A stretch of DNA of 64,000 bases from a virus: IMG/VR virus record IMGVR_UViG_3300025876_000018, positions 4,646 to 68,645 of that record. One strand, written 5' to 3'. Position numbers and translations under genes: made by a program. The notes below the pieces were generated by a model that did not search any database, was not told where the DNA came from, and saw only the letters and a list, made by a program, of their open reading frames with translations. Below, piece by piece: positions 55,177 through 64,000 of this stretch. Numbering within the stretch: position 1 is the stretch's first letter; each line of letters begins with the position of its first letter.

Positions 55177-58100
55177 ATGTCTAAATCATATAGAATTAAG
55201 ACAACACCTGGTGAGGGTAATGGTTATTTAAAGGTTAATGTTGATCTTAATCAAAACTATGATTTTTTAGAAATCTTAAGTTTAAAAATATCCCAAAAAG
55301 ACGAATATCAGAACTTTTGTGCTGACTATGGTGTAGTTGCAGGTAGAGTAATAGTTAATGGTGGTTTCGGTGTTCCAAACGTTAAAGTATCTATATTTAT
55401 ACCCGTAGATGATAAAGACTCAGAAGACCCTGTTAAGTCTGCAATATATAATTATCCCACGCCCAACCCTAACAATAAAAATAGGAATGGTGTGAGGTAT
55501 AACCTACTCCCAAAAAGTCAACAAACTTTAGACCACACACCTGTTGGTACTTTTCCTAAAAAAAGAGAAATTTTAGATGATAGTACAACATTAGAAATTT
55601 ATCAAAAATATTATAAATATACTACCACAACAAACAAAGCGGGTGATTATATTTTATTTGGTGTCCCTGTTGGTGAACATACATTACATTATGATATGGA
55701 TGTCAGTGATATTGGTTTTTTATCTACACGACCATTTGAATTAATTAATAGGGGGTATAATGATAATTTATTTAAAAGTAGATTTAAGTTTAGTTCCTCT
55801 AATAATTTAGAAACCTTATCTCAGATATTTTCCGAAAATAAGCCAGTGACAGTAGAACCTTATTGGTGTGATAGCTTAAGTACGGGAAGTGTGTTAGGGA
55901 TTACTCGATTGGATATCGAACCAAATGTAGAAATTATACCAACATCGGTTTTTATGGGTAGTGTTTTTTCTGATGACGAAAAAGATTCATTGAATAAAAA
56001 CTGTAAACCTGATAGGCAGATGGGTAAAATGAATGAAGTCATTACAGGTTCGGGTAGATTAGAAGCTATAAGGAGAACAGTTGATGGTAACATTGAAAAA
56101 TTTAATTTTACGGAAAATAGTATAGATGATAATGGTAACTGGTCAGTATTAGTACCTATGAATCTTAGAAAAGTAGTTACAGATGAATTTGGTAACTTAA
56201 TACCCTCACCTGACGGTATAAAGGGTGTTGCCACTGAAGCCGATTTTAGATTTAGAATATCTATGGATACAACGTCTAACGATAAAAGACTTAGACAAAG
56301 AGCAAAATTCTTAGTACCAAATACTAATAATAATTTTGTATTTGATGAATTTTCTCCTAAAGAATTAGAAAATACTACTTTATTCACTAAAAATACTGAT
56401 TTGTCAACCATAACAAACAATACACCATATTCTGAAGATTTAAGAAATCAATATAACTATTTAGAAGAATTCTATTCTTTTAGGTGGAAAAAAGTTTATA
56501 CGGTTAAACAATATATTGGTAGGCTACAAAGGGTTGGAAGAGATGAAGCTAGAGGTTTTATCGGAATAAAAGACATATATAACGCAACTGGAGTTAATAA
56601 ATTCCCAAACAATAGATTTGACACTAATATAAATATTTTATATAGTATTATCTGCATTTTATTAACATTATTTGGTCATATTATTGGGATTATTAATGGG
56701 ATATTAAATATTATAAATGGATTAGTAACTCAGATATGTCAGATTAAAATTCCTGTGGGGATAAGAATTGCATTATCCTATTGTATACAGATTGCAGGGT
56801 GTGGAACATGTAGTCAAGCCTACAAAGATTCGTGTTGTTCGACTTATCAAGCCAATTCAGATAACTGCGGACCTGGAAGTTGCGATTCTAGAGATGGACT
56901 TGATGGCAATCATGCGGCGACAACACCTGAAGCATGTAGTCAAAATAAAGGATGTGGTTGTGGTAAATGTAAATGTAATGTTGAAAACGACAAAAGGGCA
57001 GAATTTAGTCTAAACCTATACTTCAAATGGAAATGTTTATTTGCGGGATTTTTATGTAAGAAATGTCGACCTTTATGTGACGATGAACAACTACACAGTT
57101 GTTGTCTTAATTCTCAAGAGTATGGTTGTGATTATGAACAGGATACTATTGAGGAACAGGTAACCTTTACTGGTTCTATTTGTCCAAGTTGTTGTGGACA
57201 ATGTTGTGTTAAAATACCTTTAATACCATTAAGGTGCGCTGAAGAAGATTTTACGGAGACGGTGACTATAATACCAACTCCCTTCGCCCCCTTAATATGT
57301 AACAGGAGGTATGCGATACCATTTGATTGTAAGAGTTGTGGTGGTTTTCAGACAAAAGTGATAAAGGATTGGGTATCGTGTACTTTAGAACCACTTGCGG
57401 TTTTCTTAAAGATGTTAAAATTTGACTTTTATAATGATTGGGTGGGGGGATCACTATATTTCCCATTAATAAAAAGAAAATATAAATTAAAGAAAAGAAA
57501 AAGAAAATTTGGACAAATTAAAAAAGATAAATTTTGTGATTTTGATTGTAGAATTAAGAAAACCACAAATTTCCAAGGTGACCCCACATATAACCAATGG
57601 AGAATTAAAATACCAAACTTATTGTTCACTAACCCCACTATTACAGTGGAGGGGTGTACCTCAAAAATTAAAGGTAAAAGGGTTACTGATTGGTACGGTA
57701 CACCTGAAAATGATGATGAAACCGACAACTTAAATTTGGCAGTTTTAGAGTTAAAATTTAATGGTAAAACTTCATCTGGTGAAGGTTGTATTATCAAATT
57801 CAATGAATTTTCTTTATTAGCCTCAACTTTGAATAGTGTTGGTGTTTCAACAAGCTTATTTAAAAACAGAGAAGTTCCTGGAACACATGGTAAACCAGAA
57901 TATGTTGAAACTGAAGATCCTAGTGGTTTTAGTAGTTGGGAAAATATTGGTGGTCATAGTCATCACAAAAATAAATGTAACGATACTAGGTTAATGGAAA
58001 GAAAAGAATTCACACTTACAACTTTAAATTGTACCGCAAATGAGGAGATTGATATAACAAACGAGTTGGCGTTCGGCACCAACGATGGAGATTTGCAAAA

Positions 58101-59466
58101 TGATGAAACGGCTTTTGAAGAGGATGAATGTAATAATGACTTACTAGAATCATGTATTCCTAGTTGTGCACCTGATTGTGGTAGTAATGGTGTTGCACCA
58201 TGTAAAGATATTCCACAAGCATGGGATAATTATAAACCTATAGTAGAACATGGGTTAGTTAGTTGGTATGAGGGTGAAATATATTATACACCATATATTC
58301 CGACTAATGATTTAAAACATAACAATTCCGAATATAAGGCAAATTTATTATTACCTACTACTATAATGGAATTGGGTAGTATGAATTATTGTGATATCGA
58401 TGATGTCCCATTCATAATGGATCAGTTAGAACCGACAACATTTCAAGTAAGTACTGAAGAGTTTAAATATAAAGGGGGAAGTCAAACTAGTGGTTATTCT
58501 GGCCCTGATAACATTAGTGGTAACGCAGATGATGGAACACTAATACAAATTAATAAACTAGAGGATAAGAAAGATGCTTCGTTAAATCTTAGGGCATATG
58601 TAGAATTTAGTTGTTTCGGTGTTGTATGTGCAAATACATTGGGGACAGTGAACCAATCCCAAATAGGTGTAGACTTAATTGATAAAAATGATATCGGTAT
58701 TGAAATAGGGACTTGTTTTATGAGGTTTGAACATGATGAAGACATACGTGAATATTTCTGTAGGAGATTTAATGGGTATAAAGATAACTTAAATTTCCAC
58801 CACACAAGACCAGGTGGTATAGATACAGACAATGTTTATAACACTTATCCCGAAATAACCTTAGTTGATGGTTTGGCAGGTGATAAAACATATTACCAAA
58901 TGCCTGATACAGGTGAAGTAATATTATCAGAATTTAATGACACAGATGCGTTTATAGCGGGAGACGGTTGCGGATTCAAAAGAAACGGAAACCCAATACC
59001 CGATTATTTTTATGGTATTGCTCCTGGATTTACAGGGGAATTTATAAATTACCCTAACGGTTCTACTACAATTGATTTTGGAAATGGTACACAAGGAAAT
59101 CTCATTGACGAAGTAAACGATGATGATAATCAAGAGCCTGGAGTATATGGAATTAGATTTAATAGGTCACAAACACCCTATCATCTATATTTCGGTTTAG
59201 TTCCAGGAAAAACCGCATTACATAAAACTGTTGCTAAGTTCTTTGCAGATAAAATAAATGCAGTAACTTTACAAGGTTTAGGTGCATCTAATGCAAATGT
59301 AGAAGCAACCACTAAAAATGTTCCACCTATTAATGGTGGTATAGAAAATAACTTTACAGTATTTAAAACTTGTTTAGGTGAAACCTTAATAAAACAAATA
59401 GATGTCGGTACGGTACAAACCATTACCCCACCTGATGGTCAAGCAAATAGTAACACATCAAGTTAA
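55177..59466 (+). CDS. Large baseplate-associated structural protein (1429 aa) with a hydrophobic segment and Cys-rich insertions
   Basis: Follows gp6/J. N-terminal YGVVAGRV..NGGFGVPNVKVSIF..TTTN.AGDY.LFGVP.G (prealbumin/carboxypeptidase-regulatory-like fold). Cys clusters at ~56740-57350 and ~58130-58200. Confidence 0.65.
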   Translation: MSKSYRIKTTPGEGNGYLKVNVDLNQNYDFLEILSLKISQKDEYQNFCADYGVVAGRVIVNGGFGVPNVKVSIFIPVDDKDSEDPVKSAIYNYPTPNPNNKNRNGVRYNLLPKSQQTLDHTPVGTFPKKREILDDSTTLEIYQKYYKYTTTTNKAGDYILFGVPVGEHTLHYDMDVSDIGFLSTRPFELINRGYNDNLFKSRFKFSSSNNLETLSQIFSENKPVTVEPYWCDSLSTGSVLGITRLDIEPNVEIIPTSVFMGSVFSDDEKDSLNKNCKPDRQMGKMNEVITGSGRLEAIRRTVDGNIEKFNFTENSIDDNGNWSVLVPMNLRKVVTDEFGNLIPSPDGIKGVATEADFRFRISMDTTSNDKRLRQRAKFLVPNTNNNFVFDEFSPKELENTTLFTKNTDLSTITNNTPYSEDLRNQYNYLEEFYSFRWKKVYTVKQYIGRLQRVGRDEARGFIGIKDIYNATGVNKFPNNRFDTNINILYSIICILLTLFGHIIGIINGILNIINGLVTQICQIKIPVGIRIALSYCIQIAGCGTCSQAYKDSCCSTYQANSDNCGPGSCDSRDGLDGNHAATTPEACSQNKGCGCGKCKCNVENDKRAEFSLNLYFKWKCLFAGFLCKKCRPLCDDEQLHSCCLNSQEYGCDYEQDTIEEQVTFTGSICPSCCGQCCVKIPLIPLRCAEEDFTETVTIIPTPFAPLICNRRYAIPFDCKSCGGFQTKVIKDWVSCTLEPLAVFLKMLKFDFYNDWVGGSLYFPLIKRKYKLKKRKRKFGQIKKDKFCDFDCRIKKTTNFQGDPTYNQWRIKIPNLLFTNPTITVEGCTSKIKGKRVTDWYGTPENDDETDNLNLAVLELKFNGKTSSGEGCIIKFNEFSLLASTLNSVGVSTSLFKNREVPGTHGKPEYVETEDPSGFSSWENIGGHSHHKNKCNDTRLMERKEFTLTTLNCTANEEIDITNELAFGTNDGDLQNDETAFEEDECNNDLLESCIPSCAPDCGSNGVAPCKDIPQAWDNYKPIVEHGLVSWYEGEIYYTPYIPTNDLKHNNSEYKANLLLPTTIMELGSMNYCDIDDVPFIMDQLEPTTFQVSTEEFKYKGGSQTSGYSGPDNISGNADDGTLIQINKLEDKKDASLNLRAYVEFSCFGVVCANTLGTVNQSQIGVDLIDKNDIGIEIGTCFMRFEHDEDIREYFCRRFNGYKDNLNFHHTRPGGIDTDNVYNTYPEITLVDGLAGDKTYYQMPDTGEVILSEFNDTDAFIAGDGCGFKRNGNPIPDYFYGIAPGFTGEFINYPNGSTTIDFGNGTQGNLIDEVNDDDNQEPGVYGIRFNRSQTPYHLYFGLVPGKTALHKTVAKFFADKINAVTLQGLGASNANVEATTKNVPPINGGIENNFTVFKTCLGETLIKQIDVGTVQTITPPDGQANSNTSS

Positions 59467-59486
59467 AAAACATATATTTATAGATA

Positions 59487-61649
59487 GTGAAAAAAACAAA
59501 TAAAATATTATTAAATAGTGTAAAGTTACCTGATAACGTTAATGTAACTACACAAGTTCAGGTAGGGTTAGAAAACACTAATAAGCCCATTCCTTTAAAT
59601 GATATTGATACTACTGTTGATCAATATGAACAATTTTTAAAAGAAAGAAAAAATAGTACAATATATAGATTTTACGGTGTAGTCAACCCAATTATAAGCA
59701 ACCCACTATTTAATGAAAATGTGAAAATATATAGGGATAGTCAAACAAACGAAATTAAGGCGAAAACTATTCTAAGTTCAGGAATTTTTGAAAAAGATGG
59801 ATGGATAGGTTATTATAATGATGAACCAGACCCAGACGCATTACAATTTAATGATAATAAAAGTGCATTATGTGATTTTTTTACATTTGATCCTGGTTAT
59901 GATAGACTTAAAATGTTAGATAGTGATGGTAAACAGAACTACTTATTAAAAATTACATATCCTTTTGAAAGTAGAGATGATATTGAAATTGCAAAGGGTG
60001 TACAACTTAAAGATGGTGTCCCTATAATAGATTTGTTTCCTTTAAAAATAAATGGTAGACTATATACGGGATTTAAAACACCGATGAATCATGGGTTAAC
60101 AGAAGGTAGTAGAATACAACTAATTAATTTTCAAGATTTAACACCTACTAATACATTAAATTTAAATAGTAAATATTATAGAGTGTTTAAACTGGGTGAC
60201 GAAAAAAATAATAAAAAATTTAGGACATTTGTTATAGATGTTAATCCTGATGATATAAATTTTACTGTGGGTAGTTCTACAGTAAAAAGAGTAGTAAGGG
60301 ACAAACCATCTAAATATTATGTTAGAAGGTATAAATCTTTAACTGTAGACTATAAAGATTATGATTTATATCCTGCAGCGTATGGGGTATCATATTTTAA
60401 TGATGACACTGCAGCGTATAATTTTAAGACAGATATTGATGTAAAAGGTTTAGTTGATAATTTGGGTAGACCTTTAACTGAATTATACTTAACAATAGTA
60501 AAAAATGATAGAGATACTGACCCCACATCTATTAATACAATATATTGGGATAATGTTCTTTCAGAGTCAAATCTAAGTTCTTTAATTACTACAAATTCTG
60601 ATGGTAGTACTAGATTTTGGACACCTATTTCTGGAGGGTATGATTTAGATGATACAACAGACGGTGTAGTAAACTATAATATTAAATCATACGGTGACCC
60701 CAACTATACCCCCTCTACATTTTACGAACTAATAGATGAATCGAATGAAATATTTGATGGGGATATTGTAGAGTATAACGACAATGAGTTATTTGAGAGA
60801 CCTTTAGAAAATGTATACCATAGAGTTAATACTATTTATAGGGAATATTTAAACACTATAAAACCACAATATGAAAATAAAAAAGAAGGTTACATTTATT
60901 CACCCTTTAATTTAATAAAAATTAGGGAATTTTCTAACACAATTAATCCTGTCGTCAACCTACAAACACTAATAGATAATTTTGGTATTACCTCACAAAC
61001 GGAAATTAACGACCTCAAAAAATCGTTTAAGATACCAAACTACGCAACGGAGATATCGACTAACGTATTTAAATGGAGAGATATATTAGATATAGGCTTT
61101 ATTGATAGTTCGGGTGGTGGTGTTGACTATCCTTTTGAAAGTGGTGCACATTATATGTATTTAAATAAAACATTTTACTTCCAAAGACAAGACCCGCCTT
61201 GTGAGTTTGTACTAATTTCTGAAGATTTAACATTAGGTGCATCTGATATAAACAATGTTGATCAGGATAAATTTTTAACATATTTAAGTGACCCAACATA
61301 CCTAAACTATAAAATAATCATACCAAGTTTATATCTGTATACAAATGCTGATCCGACTACGGAAGATAGTGGATTTTTAGTCTATAATACTAATGATAAT
61401 ATGATTAACGGTGACGGTGTTGGATACTACCAATGGAACGGTAGTGAGTGGAACAAAACGGTTTTTACTTTAGACTCTGTAGGTTCGGGAGCATTAGATC
61501 TTCTTAACTACAACGGTGCAGCCCCTTTAAATGTAGAAGTGACTTTGGCAGATTATATTGGGGAAAATGAATTAGGTAAAAGAGACATTGCTGGCGGATG
61601 TATAGACTTATCAATATTAGAAGAAAATACTTTAGACGATGTTTGTTGA
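59487..61649 (+). CDS. Putative structural (baseplate/tail) protein
   Basis: 720 aa with a GTG start; ATATTTATA lies at 59474-59482; located within the baseplate block. Confidence 0.65.
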   Translation: MKKTNKILLNSVKLPDNVNVTTQVQVGLENTNKPIPLNDIDTTVDQYEQFLKERKNSTIYRFYGVVNPIISNPLFNENVKIYRDSQTNEIKAKTILSSGIFEKDGWIGYYNDEPDPDALQFNDNKSALCDFFTFDPGYDRLKMLDSDGKQNYLLKITYPFESRDDIEIAKGVQLKDGVPIIDLFPLKINGRLYTGFKTPMNHGLTEGSRIQLINFQDLTPTNTLNLNSKYYRVFKLGDEKNNKKFRTFVIDVNPDDINFTVGSSTVKRVVRDKPSKYYVRRYKSLTVDYKDYDLYPAAYGVSYFNDDTAAYNFKTDIDVKGLVDNLGRPLTELYLTIVKNDRDTDPTSINTIYWDNVLSESNLSSLITTNSDGSTRFWTPISGGYDLDDTTDGVVNYNIKSYGDPNYTPSTFYELIDESNEIFDGDIVEYNDNELFERPLENVYHRVNTIYREYLNTIKPQYENKKEGYIYSPFNLIKIREFSNTINPVVNLQTLIDNFGITSQTEINDLKKSFKIPNYATEISTNVFKWRDILDIGFIDSSGGGVDYPFESGAHYMYLNKTFYFQRQDPPCEFVLISEDLTLGASDINNVDQDKFLTYLSDPTYLNYKIIIPSLYLYTNADPTTEDSGFLVYNTNDNMINGDGVGYYQWNGSEWNKTVFTLDSVGSGALDLLNYNGAAPLNVEVTLADYIGENELGKRDIAGGCIDLSILEENTLDDVC

Positions 61650-62538
61650 TAAAATAAAAATATTATTAGGTAGTTTAGGTAGTGGTACTACTATAAACAT
61701 ACCACTTAAAACAAACTTTTTTCCTGTAGATAATGCAGAATTGATAGAAGATAAGTTTGTTAAAGATGAGGTAGAAAAGTCTATAAACCCTATAGTGGAC
61801 TATAAAAAAATAATATTTAAACCCGCTAGAATTAATAGTGGTGGTGAATGGGAAATAATTGACAAATTTAAAATAAATTTAAATTTTTATACACCAGAAA
61901 CGATAGCCAATAATTCCCCGCAACATAGAGGTGCTGGTGCACAACCTGGAGTTTATAAAGACTTAAATTTTTTATTCGATGACGTTTTTTGTAGGACTAA
62001 TAGGTTTGTTAATAGCTTTATTAGGTTTTCATTATTTGATAACCCAAACAGTGGACAAAATGAATTACTTTCATTTGCAGAGATATATACACAAGTTGGT
62101 ATAGAACAAGAAAATGAGTTTGGATTTATCAAACCTATTGATGAATGTCCTATAAGTTTTGTTTTAGGTGATCCTGTCACCCAACCAGAAGAAGTACATG
62201 AAGGTTTTCATATATATTGGTTTAAAGATTTAGTTGATAATGCACCAAATCAAGAGTATGAACTTTATGGTGTTATGGAATTTAATAATTCTTTAAATGG
62301 TAGAACCTATCAGTTATCACCATATAAAATTACAAATCCAGATAATATTACTTTAGATAATATTGAAGGAGAAAGTGGTATATTATATTTAAAAATTATT
62401 TTAAAGAATGATAATGGAGTATATAAATATAGGTTCGCACCAAACTCACTACAGTCGTTAGTACCACCTCCAGGTGTAAATTTAAACCCTTCATCTGGTG
62501 GAATACCAACATTAACCTTTTGGCAAATTACACCTTAG
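61639..62538 (+). CDS. Putative structural protein
   Basis: 299 aa overlapping the previous stop; located in the baseplate block. Confidence 0.65.
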   Translation: MFVDKIKILLGSLGSGTTINIPLKTNFFPVDNAELIEDKFVKDEVEKSINPIVDYKKIIFKPARINSGGEWEIIDKFKINLNFYTPETIANNSPQHRGAGAQPGVYKDLNFLFDDVFCRTNRFVNSFIRFSLFDNPNSGQNELLSFAEIYTQVGIEQENEFGFIKPIDECPISFVLGDPVTQPEEVHEGFHIYWFKDLVDNAPNQEYELYGVMEFNNSLNGRTYQLSPYKITNPDNITLDNIEGESGILYLKIILKNDNGVYKYRFAPNSLQSLVPPPGVNLNPSSGGIPTLTFWQITP

Positions 62539-62554
62539 TATATTTATATGTAAT

Positions 62555-63433
62555 ATGAAGTATATAAGAAAAAAAATAAATTTAGAGAATTTCACCATCA
62601 GAAGTATACCTAAAAGCGTTTTAGTAAAAAATTCTGAGGGAAAAACTGTTATAGATACTGAAAATCCTAAATATTATTATGGTACAATACCTAATTTTAA
62701 AATTGATAATGAAGGGAATTTTATATTAAATCAGTTTGGACAAAAAATAAATAACACAATTAATGTAAATTTATTTTTAAGTCAAAAGTATGACGATATG
62801 GGTGTTTTCACAGATAAAAGTTATATTACTTATACGGGTAGTACTTTAACAAATAAACCTGTAGGGTTTAATTCTTTTGTTTATGGTAGGCTACCTGCTG
62901 CACCAATTAATTTTTACTACTCACCACCTAATTCTGTTTCTGGAAATACTGATGATTCTTTTTTACAACAAGTTAAATCATATAGGAAAACAAATGATGG
63001 TAAGGATATATACGTACCTAATCTAAATACCTCTAATAATACTAAAACAATATTTAACGGTACTTTATCTGATAATACTGAAAAAACAATATATAAAATA
63101 GGAGCATCAAATAACAACATATCAAATACGGGAGTAAAGTACACTACCTTTAAAAATAACTTTACAAAAAGTTTAGATGAATATGGTAATACAATTAATT
63201 ATAAAACTACAATTTTTGAAGTAAAGAATAGTGGTTGGGGGTTACCCAACGTATCACTTTTCGCATCATTAAAAAAAGAAGAATATTTAGGTGTAGTTTT
63301 TAAACCAGAAGTTAATAGTGTAGTATTTATTAATAGAGGAGTAGCTGATATCTTTGAAAGACATTCATTATTATCAGAAATAAAAACAACTAATGACATT
63401 GACACAAATAGGGGTGGATTTATAAGAACTTAA
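62555..63433 (+). CDS. Putative structural protein
   Basis: 292 aa; ATATTTATA lies at 62540-62548. Confidence 0.65.
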   Translation: MKYIRKKINLENFTIRSIPKSVLVKNSEGKTVIDTENPKYYYGTIPNFKIDNEGNFILNQFGQKINNTINVNLFLSQKYDDMGVFTDKSYITYTGSTLTNKPVGFNSFVYGRLPAAPINFYYSPPNSVSGNTDDSFLQQVKSYRKTNDGKDIYVPNLNTSNNTKTIFNGTLSDNTEKTIYKIGASNNNISNTGVKYTTFKNNFTKSLDEYGNTINYKTTIFEVKNSGWGLPNVSLFASLKKEEYLGVVFKPEVNSVVFINRGVADIFERHSLLSEIKTTNDIDTNRGGFIRT

Positions 63434-63443
63434 AAATAAAATT

Positions 63444-64000
63444 ATGGCAACAGGAAATTACGGAACAATTAGACCGGCAGACGTATCAGTAGAAGACGTT
63501 GAGATGTATTATAGCTACACCCCCAATAGGGAATCATTAACTGATGTGGACTTACTACCCTTAGATCCCCAACAAGTTTTAATTCCTGCAAAAGACCCTA
63601 ATAATACGAGCGAAATATTTGGTGGGTTATACACTTTAAAATTACCCACATCAATATTTGGGACTAAAGGTTATTATAGTATAGTTATAAGACCAAAACA
63701 GATTAGGGCAAAAATACAAGATTGTAGTGTTTTAATAGATAATCAAGATGTTAAAGGAATTGTTTTCAATATAAACCAAATACCATTAGAGGTACAAAAT
63801 AGATTTGAAAACGGTAACTTAGTTGGTTATAGGATTGAGTACTTAAAAGAAGAAACAAATACTGGACAAGATAAAATACAAAACTTATTTAGAATTGTGA
63901 CATCAAATAATAGAGCTTTACCCATAACACAAAATCAAGGTAATTCTAACGCTTCCGTAGCATATACTTTTAATGACAACTCAACCAGTGTGTTTTGTAC
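63444..64000 (+). CDS. Putative structural protein, 3' truncated (not in the ORF track)
   Basis: The ATG at 63444 gives MATGNYGTIRPADVSVEDVEMYYSYTPNRE..., and I saw no stop before the window end. Confidence 0.8.
   Translation, partial: MATGNYGTIRPADVSVEDVEMYYSYTPNRESLTDVDLLPLDPQQVLIPAKDPNNTSEIFGGLYTLKLPTSIFGTKGYYSIVIRPKQIRAKIQDCSVLIDNQDVKGIVFNINQIPLEVQNRFENGNLVGYRIEYLKEETNTGQDKIQNLFRIVTSNNRALPITQNQGNSNASVAYTFNDNSTSVFC

Larger units (their letters stand above)
9420..62548 (+). promoter_or_regulatory. Dispersed putative late-promoter motif ATATTTAT(A) (16 located copies)
   Basis: Plus-strand copies start at 9420, 12403, 15753, 16898, 17259, 17874, 22976, 27340, 30690, 41308, 46343, 50526, 52408, 59474 and 62540. 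One copy is on the minus strand at 12321-12313. Each lies about 4-50 nt upstream of a start codon. Confidence 0.75.

Noticed and set aside
12454-59466. Extracellular contractile injection system (Afp/PVC) rather than a phage
   Set aside because: Tail and baseplate genes are interleaved with SSB, UvsX, exonuclease, helicase and RNR, which indicates a replicating phage genome.
1-64000. Alternative genetic code (stop-codon reassignment, as in some jumbo phages)
   Set aside because: Long conserved genes are intact in the standard code, and TAA, TAG and TGA all appear as terminal stops at sensible gene ends.
1-64000. tRNA/rRNA genes, introns, inteins, transposases
   Set aside because: No intergenic space with cloverleaf or GC-rich structure was seen. 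Helicase, UvsX and RNR are of normal length with no insertions, and no transposase motifs were recognised.

Overview
This window is a gene-dense, very AT-rich segment of a large T4-type contractile-tailed phage, probably a jumbo phage. Almost all genes are on the + strand and read in the standard code. From left to right it carries: a 5'-truncated tail-completion-like gene; a 2544-aa repeat-rich fibre and two further receptor-binding-type genes; a SET-domain protein; an unannotated 52-aa ribbon-helix-helix gene divergent from the tail sheath; sheath and tube; tail chaperone, tape measure, tube initiator, LysM/gp53-like and a 1878-aa hub-like gene; a replication block (gp32-like SSB, UvsX/RecA, 5'-3' exonuclease, gp41/DnaB helicase, B12-dependent class II RNR plus DUF5522); a minus-strand secreted metzincin; and a second baseplate block (gp25, gp6/J and further large structural genes) running off the right edge. 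The host is inferred to be Bacteroidota from three signals: no Shine-Dalgarno motifs, one full TTTG-N20-TAnnTTTG promoter, and a Gln right after a predicted signal peptide. The main discoveries are these. (1) Twelve otherwise unrelated ORFs share a short N-terminal leader ([LI][TSN]E... followed by a second [LI]xE) resembling a capsid-targeting and prohead-protease signal; the predicted cargo includes a HAD phosphatase, peptidoglycan-binding, OmpA-like/Cys-rich and membrane-hairpin proteins. (2) The tail chaperone has a start-less +1-frame extension behind a slippery T-run, a candidate programmed +1/-2 frameshift. (3) An ATATTTAT(A) motif precedes at least 16 genes. (4) The hidden RHH gene has operator-like repeats beside the sheath promoter. 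(5) A promoter-plus-AT-rich non-coding element is a candidate origin. All functional calls come from motif recognition by eye, with no database search.
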